DNA of 44,133 nt from Ginkgo biloba (lineage: Eukaryota; Plantae; Ginkgophyta): contig JANKJI020000002.1 in assembly GCA_024626585.2 (NCBI GenBank), positions 266,775,084 to 266,819,216 on the forward strand, in the 5' to 3' direction. Of this stretch, positions 25,081 to 38,829 are shown piece by piece. The position numbers and the translations under genes are program-made. The stretch's first letter is position 1, and every line of letters starts with the position of its first letter. The notes beneath the pieces are model-generated. The model searched no databases. It was given only the letters and a program-made list of their open reading frames with translations, and was not told where the DNA came from.

Positions 25081-27299
25081 AGAGTATATTATTATTTTTA
25101 CTCTCACTATGATGATACACAAAATGTCATGCTTAAATAGAATAAGACCTCACCCTAACACACTAAGTGATTATTAAGTTTAGGGTCCTCTACTAATATT
25201 ATAGCAGGCATTCATAATGAACCAAAATAAATCATGAAGAAAGAATATATACTTGTATTTCATGTCAGTTATTATTTACATATTCAAACTACACTTTCTC
25301 CAATATCTCATAAGAGATGAGAATCTTGCACTTATATTTTTAAAAGATACAATAATCACAACTATAACACAAATCAAAACACTACAAGATAAAATTTGAG
25401 CTCAAAATTAATAAAGATACACATGAGAATTGATAATATTATTTTTTTCCATTAATGACAAAGATAAATTATAAAGTGATCCACTTTACAGGTCTTATTT
25501 TTATCTTTCTAGAATTTTAGGGGAGGTTTTTTAGGATTTCATTTCTTTTGAGTCTTAGGATAAGTGGTTAAATCTCTCTATTGACCCTTCATTTCAAAAC
25601 AAAAAATCCTTATNNNNNNNNNNNNNNNNNNNNNNNNNNNNNNNNNNNNNNNNNNNNNNNNNNNNNNNNNNNNNNNNNNNNNNNNNNNNNNNNNNNNNNN
25701 NNNNNNNNNNNNNATGCATCCATAAAGTTTTAAATTCTAATCCAATATATTTATTATGGATTGTATTCATTTTATTTTTCATACATAATTATAAATACAT
25801 CTAAGTTTCAAGTTTCTAATATTTTAGTGTATTCAGAATATTCCTATATAATGTAACTACAACTATAATATCTCATAATAGAAATGCCCATCTAATATTA
25901 AATGTATTCTAGTAGATATATTTTTCTTTTTTTTATTGCAAATATTTAATATTTTATTCTATTCACAAGATGGGAANNNNNNNNNNNNNNNNNNNNNNNN
26001 NNNNNNNNNNNNNNNNNNNNNNNNNNNNNNNNNNNNNNNNNNNNNNNNNNNNNNNNNNNNNNNNNNNNNNNNNNNNNNNNNTCATTATAACTTAAATACT
26101 ACAGAGATTGTCCATTCAAGGGAATCCAAGAGCAATAACACAAGTCATCAAACTGAAGCTACACCACCACCACCACCAACTCCCTAGACATTATTTTGTA
26201 GAGGTCTACAAGGTGAGATGGAAAGCTGGAGAATGAGAACAACTTCTCAACCACCCCCAATTTTACTCCTAGAGTGGGGAGGTAGAGGGGAATTCATAGC
26301 ACTGTCTAGCCTAAAATTCATGCTATGTGATCTAAAGAGTTGGGATCCCTGATTCATATTGCATATCCCTATAATAGGGAGAGGGGGGAGGCTTAGGGGG
26401 GAAATGATTGGTAGTACATGGGGTAGACCCCTAGTAATCAATGATCTCTAGAAGGTGTTGCATCTCCAATTGATCCTTCTTTGCCTGGACTTTGATTTGC
26501 ATAACATAATTGACAAGGATATAAGATATAATATCATTAAAAATACAATTGGTCAACTTAGCATTAAAAATAGTCTCATTTATCATTTTCTAGATTTGGT
26601 CTAAGAACTCTGCTCGAAGAACTTGCCATCATTATTTAAAGGCAATAGACCAAGGGGAGGTATCGCCTAGAAGGGATGACCCCTAACTAAAATACTTAAC
26701 AACCATCTTAGTAGTGAACTTGTGAACCGAGTGCCATAAGGGTTTGGCCCATGGACAAAACCAAAAGAGGTGTTTTATAGACTTGGGTTGGTCATAGAGT
26801 AGGCAATTAGAATTTTCCATTCCTATCTAAGAGAGACACTCTTTCATAGATAGACCATGATGTAACATAGACCGAGCCATTAAACATTTTTTGGGTTCTA
26901 AGGAAGTTTTCCATAGCCATTCAAAGCACTTACACCAACTAAAGGCTGACTTGTTAATCTCCCACCTTCTATTCAACCATTCAACAAATGGGCCTTTAGG
27001 TTTCATGAATTAGTATATATGCCTAGATTTCTCTTTTAAAAGNNNNNNNNNNNNNNNNNNNNNNNNNNNNNNNNNNNNNNNNNNNNNNNNNNNNNNNNNN
27101 NNNNNNNNNNNNNNNNNNNNNNNNNNNNNNNNNNNNNNNNNNTCTTAATACTTATTATACTTATTTATACTATACCAAGAAATCCACCAATCTTTCTAAT
27201 CATGTTAAAAAAAATCCTTTAGTCATGATTTAGTATGTAAAAGAATCTTCAACTCAAGATATAAACGTAGTTAAGGATTCCTTCCCATAAGATCTCTCG

Positions 27300-28034
27300 T
27301 CTCTTATTTAGTCTTATTATGATTTATTTGAGGAACTAAAAGGAATCTCTCTTTAAAGATCTATATAATATAAAATATATTTAGTTCTAAGTTCTACCCT
27401 TCCTAATGAGCCATTGCATAAAGCTTCAATAAGTGAAAACATTGAAGTCAATAGACAACTATATAAAATCCTTGCAATTGGACACATTAGACCTAACATT
27501 TTACCATATTGCTCACTAATTATCTTAGTCCCTAAAAAATGGATTGTGGAGGATATACATTAATTTTTAAGCCATCAATAAAATCATAATTAAAAATTGC
27601 TGCCCACTTCTTAGGATTGATGTTTTAATAAATTGACTTCATGGTGGTAAGTTATTTTCAAAGATTAATCCTAAGAGTGGGTACCATCAAATGTAAGTGA
27701 AAGAGGAAGATACATGAAGGCAACATTAAAAAATAGATTTAGACTATTTGAATGGTTTTTTATGTCATTTGGACTTATTAATGCACCAATAACATTTATG
27801 AAATTGATGAATTCCATCCTTATACACTTCATAAATAACTTCTTCATTATTTATATCATTGTAATTGTCATTTTTAGTACACATGGCCAGAGTATCCTTA
27901 ACATTTCTAACAAGTTTTAAAACTTCTTCATCAACATTAACTTTATGCTCATTTGGAAAAATGCTCTTTTGGTAATAAAAGTTCTCTTTCCTTGGCTTTG
28001 CTATTAATTCTAAAGGTGTGTATATGGATCTTAT
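27300..28034 (+). mobile_element. Ty3/gypsy reverse transcriptase fragment, degenerate
   Basis: 'GHIRP..IILVPKK..LWRIYINF*AINKIIIKN.CPLLRID..FSKINPKSGYHQ..LFEWFFMSFGLINAPITFMKLMN'. It is cut off by the LTR at 28035. Confidence 0.92.
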
Positions 28035-28294
28035 TATTAGGAATTAGGAATTATTAATGTAATAAGTGTCATTTTATGGCACATTTATATTATATCATAG
28101 TTTAGATTTAGGGTTTGTTTTATTATTTTAATATATTGATTAGGGGAAAAGTAGTTATGTGCATGTGGTCTATCACCTATTTATAAGGATATTTTTTCTT
28201 TGTTCAAATTGAATGAGAGTCTGTCCATGTATTGATATTATAGTTAATTCATTTTTAGATTCCATGTCCACCAAAACTTCATATGGTATTAGAG
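28035..28294 (+). mobile_element. ~247-bp LTR plus Met-tRNA PBS (truncated element)
   Basis: TATTAGGA (decayed TGTTAGGA)...CTTCA, then TGGTATTAGAG at 28284. Shares TAATGTAATAAGTGTCA and other blocks with the reverse complement of 33045-33291. Confidence 0.75.
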
Positions 28295-30813
28295 ATGCAC
28301 TTAATTATGAAGTCCATGGTATCGAATTTGGAAGAAAGATATTATAGCCCAATGGAGTACCACTGTGGAAGGTGGTAGGATTAGAAGGGGTTTGAGTCCT
28401 CGATCATGTCAAAGTAGTCATCCCATTTGAAGATATAAATGAAGTCATCTAATTTGTAGGATGTGAATTGAAGATAATATTTATGCTTCATAGGCAGATC
28501 ACACAGATGGTAGCTTCTCTAACCAAGTGTAGAGATACATTATTCATTCAATAAATATCGTAGAGAATCTAATTCTTTTAGGATAAAAGCAATGAGAGAA
28601 GAAACCACTGGTATATATTATAGAGAAACAAGAAGCAATGCATTAAGGAACGATGTTATGAGAGGGAAGAAGTTGGAGAAAAAACATGAGTAGTTAGAGA
28701 ATAGAGAGTGCATAGAATGGGAGAAATGCCCTCAATTTTTAGAGATATTTGATATGATTTGAAGATGTAATGATTGACTATCATGCCCAATAGTGAGGCA
28801 AGACATAGGGAGATGAGCTAGGAGGAGAACATAGTGACCACTTGAAAATGCATATTGAAAATATAAGATCAAAAAAAAAAAAAAAAAACGAGAAGATNNN
28901 NNNNNNNNNNNNNNNNNNNNNNNNNNNNNNNNNNNNNNNNNNNNNNNNNNNNNNNNNNNNNNNNNNNNNNNNNNNNNNNNNNNNNNNNNNNNNNNNNCCG
29001 CCCTCTCCGGTATCAGACTCCCTCTTATGAGAGCCCATTTTCCTAGATATCAAATGATGTCACAAGTAAGTATTAGTACTCAGAGGTCCCATCCTAAGTA
29101 CAACTTGGAGCCCTTTGTTCTCTCCCTCAACTGCAGCCAGACGCCGCTCCAAGTCTCAGTACATAGAATCCACTCACAATATTGCCTCAAATGAACCCCT
29201 CCTAGTTTATGATGTAGAAGGGATGCTCAGGGCTCCCTCTACCAGTTGGTCATGGAATATCATCCTCAATTGGCTTTCTATCTGAGACCATGACATCATG
29301 GGTTCTCTTGCATTTTCCAAAAAATTTCATTCGTTAGTACATGCCAAAAAATGTATGTATATAAAATGTTTATTTTCCTTTGCTTTTTTTTTATTTTAAA
29401 AAATTAGCATTCAGTTTTACCTAAGCCTAAGGCTACATTAGCATCTTTATTGGTGCTTAGTCTATCTACTAGGGTTACTATAGGTATCTTTTCTCTTACC
29501 TTTAGGATGGGAAGTGCCTATCCTTCTTAATATCAACCTACTACCTCCTACTCTACCTTACCAGCCTCAGGGATGACCTCTGCCTATCTATCTTGGGGTG
29601 CATCTTATTACTCGATGACCTTATCATTTGAGTCCCACTACATCCCTCTATATATATATTCCTTGCCAACTCATTTAGGTCCAACTTTGTAAATTCCACT
29701 TGGGCTCCTCCCTTCCTCTTATGTGACTCGTGTCGATGGGAGCCCTGTCATACCATCTACCATCTTAGCATGGAAGGATCCTCATCGCCTAGTGGTAGAG
29801 CTGGGCTTATCCTCAGTCAAAATATATAAAAATTGTCAAAGAGTTAGGATATTACTAAGGACGAGTAGATCAAGGCCCTAATCCCTCTCAATATGATACT
29901 ATCTAACTGATGATGTAGGCCCTCTGATATGTATGAGTTCCAATCAAATTGGACTCTCCTCTTACATCTCCTGATAATCAAAACCTAAGAGATGGGGATT
30001 CCATTAAAGTTTTGACTATAAGAGATCTTGAATAATATAATCAATGATATCATTCGCCTTAGGAACAAAGCTCTTTTCTCTCAAACCACAACGGTAAGAA
30101 TCATTTGGTGCCCCACTAATAAGGCATCATTTACCTTAGATAGGTAGAGGAATGCATCCCCTGTGATGCATATCTATGATATAATTTATTCCTTAGTCCT
30201 GATCACACCTATGATGTAGTATATATCATAACTAGTGATCTATATCACTCCAAAGGTGTGTAATATAAATTCCTGTTGATCGACGTCCTAGTACTGGATC
30301 AACTCCATTAGCTGTGCATTATCTTCTATGAGTTGCATCACCCGACAGACCCTTCTAAGGCCACAAGATCTTAGAATAGACCTCTTTGCATCATTCAACT
30401 CAACGTACATGGCTCTAAGATCATCACTCACTCTCTCTCTATTAGATATGATGATAATAGCCTATAAAATCATGATAGACAAGCTTTAGACTTTGAAAAA
30501 AAGGGGTAATCAATGAGAAAAAATTTAAAGAATTGTTCTCATTTTATATTTTTTGATGAACTCTATGCTTAATGTGAAAATGCACACATTGCAGGTTTCA
30601 ACATAAAAATACATACGTTTCCATGTTAAACCTCAGTGCACGTTTTTACATTGATCCTGCACGCGTACACAATTGTATGTTGTACACTAGGGCATCATTT
30701 TACATGCATTTTGNNNNNNNNNNNNNNNNNNNNNNNNNNNNNNNNNNNNNNNNNNNNNNNNNNNNNNNNNNNNNNNNNNNNNNNNNNNNNNNNNNNNNNN
30801 NNNNNNNNNNNNN

Positions 30814-33291
30814 GAATTTATCTTAACTCTAAGACAGTAGTGAAAACATCCAAGATATTTCATCTTGAATCCCTTCTTCAAATTGATCTTTACTTGATTA
30901 ATCAAGTCATCATTATTACCTTTAATAATCATATCATCCATATATAGAATAATCATGACCATTTTGTCTGCAACTCTTTTTACATGTAGGTCATCATCAA
31001 CTTTATTTCTTATTTAAGTTAACTTTTTCTAAGTATTCATTAATCTTCAAATACTAAGCTTTGGGTGTTTTTTTCAAACCATCTAATGCCTTAACTAATT
31101 TATAGACTTTATGCTCATTACCTCTTTCTTCAAATCCTTGAGGTTGAAAAACATATAACTCCTGAGTGAGATCTCCATTAAAAAAGGCACTTTTTATGTC
31201 CATTTGATATAGTTCCAATCAAGTTGATTTACTAGCGCCATGCTTTTATTTTTTTGTTGTTGTAAATGCATCATCATAATCTATGCCCTCTTACGGAGCA
31301 TATCCTTTTTGTACCAACCTAGCCTTATATTTTTCCATTGAACCATTTGCTCGATATTTTATACTGTAAACCCATCTACAACCTATGGGTTTAACCCCTT
31401 ATGGATAGTCAACTAGCACCCATGTTTTTTTCTTGATCAATGCATTGTACTCAACTCCCATTGCATCTCTCTATGCTTGCTAAATTAATGATTCTTAAAT
31501 GTTATTTGTTCTTCTATTAAGTTTGTCAAATCTTGTTGATTTCATCACATAAATTTGATATNNNNNNNNNNNNNNNNNNNNNNNNNNNNNNNNNNNNNNN
31601 NNNNNNNNNNNTTACAATTTTTTTTACAAATAATTTTATTTTTTCCTTTATTATTCTTTTACAAAATCAATGAAATTTTGTATTGTCTTTAGCAATTTGA
31701 ATTGATATATCTGTTCTTTACAATTTTATTACCACCTGTAAAAAATTAGACTAAAAATAATGTGAAATGAAGGCTAAAAATAAATTTATCCCTATTTTAT
31801 CTCTTTAGATCCTTTTTCTATTGGCCCTCTCTCACTCATACAAACCCCTTATTTCACCCTTAAAATAATTATAATTATTTTACCTTATTTCTTCTTTTAA
31901 TTTTTTTTATAAATTATTTTATTTTTTCCTTTATTATTATTTTGCACAATCAATGAAATTTTATATTTGTTTTAGTAATTTGAATTGATATATCTATTCC
32001 TTACAAATTCATTTACCACCTGTAACAAAATGGACTAAAAACAATGCAAAATGAAGGCTAAAAATAAGTTTAGCCCTATTTTATTTCTTTAGGTCCTTTT
32101 TTGTTGGCTCTCAATAACTTATATGACCTTATTTCACCCTTCAAAAAATGAACCTTGAAAAGAAACTTAATAAGATTGAATAAATTGACCTCTATTTTGT
32201 AAACCAACTACCTTACTAACTACTCTACTAACATCTTAGAGTTTTGAAGAGATAAAAAATTCTTTTAAATTTAGCTTAATCAAAATTAATTAAAAACAAT
32301 AAACAAACTTTTTTACAGGAGGAATTCAAATCATTCTCAAATTAAATTTAATGCAATCAACCTTATGTTAACAAAGAAATTAAATCTCAAAAAATCAAAC
32401 TCCTTCCACTTGTGCAATAATTTTCCTTTCGCTCTACATTCGCATTTTATCTTTTTGCAATTCTTTTATTTTTGTTATTGTGTGTACATTTGGTGTTTAC
32501 TACAATCATCGATAGCATCTTGGGGTAGATGTCCTCCCATATCCATCACCACACTCTTTAATATTCTCAAACTCTAATTGATCCAACACAAGTCAATGGC
32601 ATTCTCAGTGGCTTTACAACAAATGATCATGAATGAATCCCTCACTTGTCCTACATGGTGAATGCTTTCAACAACAAATATGAGCAAATATAAATCAAAT
32701 TATCTTCTCACATTTAGATCTCCAACTAGTCTTCTCTCTAGGGAATTTGAACTTCCAACATAGAAATTTTATAGTATTTTTCAACCAAAAATGGCCAATA
32801 GTGTCTCAAAGGAATCACCTGGGATTTCTTTCTCCAACAAACTATGGTGAATTTTTTTATTTTTTATTCTCACAAATTTCGCTCTTTTGAATTGACCAAC
32901 TACTCATAAATAATAAATTTCCTACTTTCTTCTTCCTTTAATTTTCTTAACTTTTTCAGATTTGTAAAAATAATTTCTTCAGGCTTAGAATTATTTTTTC
33001 TCTAAGAAATATAGCCTCATATTTCATTTATCTCTGATACCAAATGAGAATTCAATGGAAGAACTGAGATCTAAAATGATTTTGTATTAACTGGACATCA
33101 ATACAAACCATAGTCTCAATCAATATGAGACATTGGAATTTGTGACATATTAATACTATAGAAAACTCAACTAACATATAACCAACTATTAACTAATTAT
33201 TCTATTATTGATTATAATAAAATATTCTGTAATCTAATCTATGTCACAAATATATGTGACACTTATTACATTAGACTAATACGTCCTAACA
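30814..33291 (-). mobile_element. Degenerate, internally deleted Ty1/copia element
   Basis: 5' LTR 33291-33045 (TGTTAGGA...TCTCA) and PBS TGGTATCAGAG 33042-33032. RT ~31480-30814 reads 'EYNALIKKKTWVLVD..KPIGCRWVYSIKY..GSMEKYKARLVQKGY..GIDY', 'IILYMDDMII..FKMKYLG'. That the LTR and RT belong to one element is inferred across a gap. Confidence 0.85.
31620..32146. repeat. Two ~245-bp direct repeats (period ~285 bp)
   Basis: ~31620-31865 and ~31903-32146 share AATCAATGAAATTTT, AATTTGAATTGATATATCT, TTACCACCTGTAA, AAATGAAGGCTAAAAATAA and CCTTATTTCACCCTT. Confidence 0.92.
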
Positions 33292-34879
33292 AAAGGATAA
33301 AGGTATGCATTTAATCATTAGAATTAATCTTATCAATTAGTCATAATTTTAAGAATTTTTTTTTTTGTCTAGTATAAAATTTTAGTAAATTCATTTTATC
33401 TTAAACTATAAAATATAGGAAATTAATGAAAATAACCATTTAAATGATAATTGTTTTCTATTTTCATGTATCTATTATGAACATTCTAAGNNNNNNNNNN
33501 NNNNNNNNNNNNNNNNNNNNNNNNNNNNNNNNNNNNNNNNNNNNNNNNNNNNNNNNNNNNNNNNNNNNNNNNNNNNNNNNNNNNNNNNNNNNNNNNNNNN
33601 NNNNNNNNNNNNNNNNNNNNNNNNNNNNNNNNNNNNNNNNNNNNNNNNNNNNNNNNNNNNNNNNNNNNNNNNNNNNNNNNNNNNNNNNNNNNNNNNNNNN
33701 NNNNNNNNNNNNNNNNNNNNNNNNNNNNNNNNNNNNNNNNNNNNNNNNNNNNNNNNNNNNNNNNNNNNNNNNNNNNNNNNNNNNNNNNNNNNNNNGATAT
33801 AGAACCATTGTTGAGAAAATATAAGATAGGAAAAGAATAAATTGATCTAAATACTTATTGAATATTGGATAGAAGGCTTGGGTCTACTACTCATGAAAAT
33901 ATATCATTACACCATAAAAGGTGGCCAACAACATGAATTGGGGATTATTTGAAAGAAAATATTACTCATACATTATGAAGAAACAACTCTAGAGTCACCA
34001 AAGTGAGGCTATACATTATATGTGTATTGGAAGGGGGAATTTTTATTTATTAAACCCTTTCATGTATCTTTATTTTAAAGAAAGTTATTTATTCATCTCC
34101 AATTTATACAAGCTAATTTCTTATTCTTGAATTGATATATATTTTTTAAAGATATGTATAGTATTGGAATTTATAAAGGAATTTGGGCATAAGGTTGAAA
34201 CTTTCACATTCATAAAGTTGATAAAAATAAATAAATATATAATTGTAAACTTCTAGCATAATTTTTGGTGGATTGTCAATCTAATAGAAAATATACATAC
34301 ACTAGAATAGAAAATTTAAGATATTATGGAATGTTGGAGGACATCTCAAAAAAATTAACTATAGGTCCTTTATAGTCATTTTACTTAAGGTAAAATGGTA
34401 TAGGTTAATTTGCAGTGGTCTAAAAAAAATAATATCTTTGCATGAAAATGGGTTTCATACTATCAATCCTACTAGTTTTGAGATCACATGAGAGACATGT
34501 GTATTTCCAGTATAATGCAAAAAAAAATTCCTTTATGAGATTCCTTCTAAATTTTTTAACTCATTTATAATTGAATACAATCTTTGGGGATGTAGAGTAA
34601 AATTAATTAATGAATTATGAGAAGAATGTAGTCATGAAGAAGATTAAGAGCATGAATAAGAAGAAGAGGATGGTAAAGGATAAGATAATGATGAAGAACA
34701 ATAACACGGAGTTAAAAAGTAAGAAGAAATACATAAGGACGAAGAAGAAAATTAATGAACTAGAATATCATGTTGAAGGTAATATTTAGGGATATTATAC
34801 TACAAAATGTAATCATGATTTAGATTAAAATATTATGGAAGATAACAATGCAAGAGGGAATATTCAATGTGATGAATGC

Positions 34880-36890
34880 ATACAATTAGTTCATCCATTT
34901 TCTAGAGGATGATTCAAAATATCCCAATGGAAACTACAATGGATTTTGCAGATTACATTATTATATATGAATGTACATGTGTCTATCTACTTTAATTCTA
35001 GNNNNNNNNNNNNNNNNNNNNNNNNNNNNNNNNNNNNNNNNNNNNNNNNNNNNNNNNNNNNNNNNNNNNNNNNNNNNNNNNNNNNNNNNNNNNNNNNNNN
35101 NAACGTGCATGTGTCTATCTACTTGAATTCTGGAAAACTCAAGAACAAACAAATAATTTAACACACATATCAATTCTTGCACAATCACGCATGATTTTTA
35201 ACTAAAGAAACCCTCATGGGGATAAAACTCTAGGTTTCGTTAAATATGATTTAACAAGGAATTAAATCAATCTCTATTTATGAGTTGCAACTTACAAGGC
35301 TTTACATAGTAAGTACATGGTTTTGCACTCTATAGTTAGTATAAACTTGGTTGCCTCAATTATCCAAGTTATTGTCATCATTGTGTTGTCAGATTATCTA
35401 TATTTTCCTTAGAGCTCAATGCTCTTTCTCTCAATTCAATATGCTAAGCTAGACTTTCTCTTACAAATTGAGTTATCTCCCTAAGTCTTGTGTCTCAATC
35501 TTTTTTATGACTTCTACTTCATCTTTAGTATTTTTCCCCTAAACTTCCATTTAATTTTATAACCACCCGAGGTATCTTAACCATATCATAATTGAATCAC
35601 TTCACCATCCATGGGACCCTTTTTCATGAAAGGTGACTTTGGGATATTACTTAGTTGTATGCTATTTCAGTTCCATGGCCTTCATCAAGATTTTGAATAA
35701 GACTTCATCAAGTGCATTGCCCTCATAACTCCTAAATTCCCAAAATCCTAAACTCTTAGATATCTCATTTATTTAAATTTATTTTTGGTTATATGGGTTT
35801 CACTCTTGAAATGATTATATGAAAACTCTAAAAGTCACCTTGCAAATATGTTATCAACTTTGTTTTACTTGTGTTTGGGTCTAGGACATTAACTAGTGGA
35901 AATAACCTTGGGGTGAGGTCTCAGGGCTTGTCTTTAACTACATTTAATTATTTTTTTAAGCCCATGGTTTACGAGAATTTTGAGAAGGAGGAGTTGGGAA
36001 TATTTCTGGAACCTCCATGAAGCCAAAATTTATATTGATAGTGCTTTATCCAGATTTGGGTCCATGGTATTCTAGGAATTTTAAAGGGTGCATCCACTTA
36101 AATTTCTTGAACTCCCAAATTCCTAAATGGTGGGAATCCCATTTATTTACCCCTTTTTAATTNNNNNNNNNNNNNNNNNNNNNNNNNNNNNNNNNNNNNN
36201 NNNNNNNNNNNNNNNNNNNNNNNNNNNNNNNNNNNNNNNNNNNNNNNNNNNNNNNNNNNNNNTAAGTCTTATGAATATTTTGGGTTTTCCTCACTCAAGA
36301 TTTTAAGAAAGGATTTGGGTCAATTCCTATTAAATATCCTGAACCTCAAAATACTCGATAAGATCACCATGCTAAAATCCTTAAATCTATTTTATTTATT
36401 TTTGGGTCCACAAAATTTCAAAAATTTTAACAAGGGCATATCACTTAAATTTTTTTAAACCTTTAAATATCAAAAAGTTATTAACTGGAGTTTATCTTCC
36501 TTCTAGGTGTGCCTCACTCAGTGTTTCCTACAATCCTTATCTTCAGCCTTCGTGACTTAACTATCATTGATCTTCACCTATTGTTAGTCTTGACCCTTCA
36601 CGTATTATCATTGAGACTTTTGTTGTTGGACCTTATCATTGAGACTTCATCATTAAGGCTTTGTTGTTATTCCACTCAAATCCTTAGAACCTAAACTTAT
36701 TTATACTTATTGTCAATGATAAGGAATGTCCTTTTCATCATTCATCGATAGTACCATCCATATTTCATCAATAATGACAACTCTAAACTACCAAAAGTAA
36801 AATATTGAATTTCGCTAGTCGATCTCTGACATCCATTCTCTAACTCTCATTATTTGTCCATTTTATTTGGATTCAAAAATGGATTATAAC
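34880..36890 (-). mobile_element. LTR copy A (long LTR, two gaps)
   Basis: Collinear similarity to 42235-43432 and partial similarity to 38830-39130. It ends at AAAAATGGATTATAAC, followed by a pyrimidine run (PPT-like on the minus strand). Confidence 0.7.
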
Positions 36891-38827
36891 TTCCCTTTTG
36901 GGGGATTTTCAATCCTTAAAAAACTTATTCAATTTTTAAGTAGGTGAGGAATTTTTCTTATACCTCCACTAGTAAAAAATGAGTTCTTTCTTCCCTCTCT
37001 ATCAACATCCTATGGACTCCATTTATTTTCCCTTCCACTTGCCTATGGATTTATTGAATCTACTCCATGGACTTGACATATCTCTATTTGTTTTACTATG
37101 ATACATGTACTTGTCCTTCACCTTGAAAACCTTCTATCATTCATAACTTTGATCCATGAACTTTATCTTCAACAAACTTTGTAAATGAAGCACTAGTCAT
37201 ACCTGAAAGTTTTTTATGAAGTTGTCAATATTGGTTCTTAGTATGTTACACTATGCTCCTTCATACATGGTTCTTCAAAGTTGAAATCCTTAACCTATGG
37301 TTCTTTATATTTTATTCGCATTTGTATTTTAACCATCTATAATCCTTAACTCCATACTTTGTGATTCCATCTGGCCTATAACATCACTATAAAGGCTCCT
37401 TCATTATGATCCTTTACACATGGTTCTTCAGATATGAACTCCTTCAATCATAATTATTCAAAGTCTTTTTCATTTACTATACTCCTCCACTTGTAGTCCA
37501 TTGGAGATGATCCTCATTCTCATCAGAGTACCTATTATTGAACCTATTTGTGTATTTTTCCATCGAAAAGATGAATATATCTATGTAATATATGCTAACA
37601 AAGGCAACCTACAATTTCCACCATCATGTGACCATCTCTTTATAACTACTTCTCCTTCACTCATGGTTCTTCAGAGTTATTGTTCCTTCCCTCATATTTC
37701 TTCAGAGGCATTCTCCTTCATTCATGGTTCTTTATAGGTGATATCCTTCACTCATGGTTCTTCAGAGGTGATCTCCTTCACTCATGATTATTCAGAGTTT
37801 GACTTCATTATTTTAAAAAATCCCAATTAATAGTTGCAGGAACCTTACTACATCTGAATCATATCACCAACCACTCGAATGTTCCTTGCTTGGTGTCCTC
37901 CTTTATCTACAATACCATAATTACAAACTTCTAGATGCAATTAATTAACCTCTTAGATTGATTAAGTAAAACAAGTGAGATATTCTCCATACCTTTATAA
38001 ATAGTAATTAGATATGGATTCCCATATTTAACCAACCTCCATTTATTGGTTCTTCATAGGAACATAACATCATGATTCCACAAGTAGAAACTATCATTAC
38101 TACATCATACACATTGAGAGGTACTACATAACACTCTATCTCATCAATGAAGTGGCTTGAGATGAAAAATGTATTTAACCATAGGAATTTAGATATGATT
38201 TATCCTTCACTTATGGTCCTTCAAAGGCTTCTTTAATCATACTCCTTCATACATAGTGCTTTAGAGATGATCTCATTCACACATAGTTCTTTAGAGTATT
38301 TTATTCAATTGTACTCCTTCACATATAGTCCTTCAAAGATAAAATACTTCACACATAGTCCTTTAGAGTATTCTTCAAATGAAATGATAAGACACTTCAG
38401 TTTGTTATAATAATTCTATTATTTATCAATACACTTTCAATTTGTAGAAATATTGCATGGATGCACTTATGTCATTAAAACCATTAAAATATTTAATCTT
38501 AAAAACAATTTGATAAAGGTAATATCCTTACTATTTAAAATCATCATCGAGATACATGGATAAATATTCACTTCACTTTCCACTTAATAGGAAGCATTCC
38601 ATATATGATTCTTATCACATGTGATGGTTTTCAAACCATGTTTGTAGAAAAACCCTTTTTTTTCTCTAGTTTCAAAAAATCATTTTGCAACTGTAGATAG
38701 AATCTATACAATGTAGGATTAGGACAAAGAAGTGATAGATACAAAAAAAATATCTCCACTTTAGGAATAACCCATTCTATTATTTACCATGTAAGACAAG
38801 CTCAAGAACAAAGAAGATTTGATACCA
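36891..38827 (-). mobile_element. Non-autonomous gypsy-derived internal region (PBS, gag remnant, protease-linker fragment, 30-bp repeats)
   Basis: PBS TGGTATCAAATC 38827-38816. Minus-strand 'HFIDEIECYVVPLNVYDVV..WRLVKYGNPYLIT..ISLV..NQSKRLIN..KFVIMV' at ~38180-37915 resembles the gypsy protease C-terminus/linker. No RT or IN. Confidence 0.7.
37651..37800. repeat. 5 x 30-bp tandem repeat (CTCCTTCACTCATGGTTCTTCAGAG core)
   Basis: Five adjacent units, with further copies at ~37255-37310, ~37395-37465 and ~38200-38370. Confidence 0.92.
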
Positions 38828-38829
38828 AA

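Noticed and set aside
26162-26178. (CCA)n microsatellite giving poly-Pro in a short ORF
   Set aside because: Short simple repeat, and the ORF spans a gap.
26190-27040. GC-richer, CpG-poor blocks (also ~29000-30480, 33800-34870, 6760-7280)
   Set aside because: Probably decayed TE sequence, but I could not identify any domain or terminus, so they are left unannotated.
34970-35132. ~30-bp near-duplicate on both sides of the ~100-N gap
   Set aside because: Probably overlapping contig ends from paralogous or allelic copies rather than a real repeat.
37870-37930. Possible gag zinc knuckle 'DKGGHQARN' on the minus strand
   Set aside because: Cysteines are missing and another frame fits the gypsy protease-linker better.
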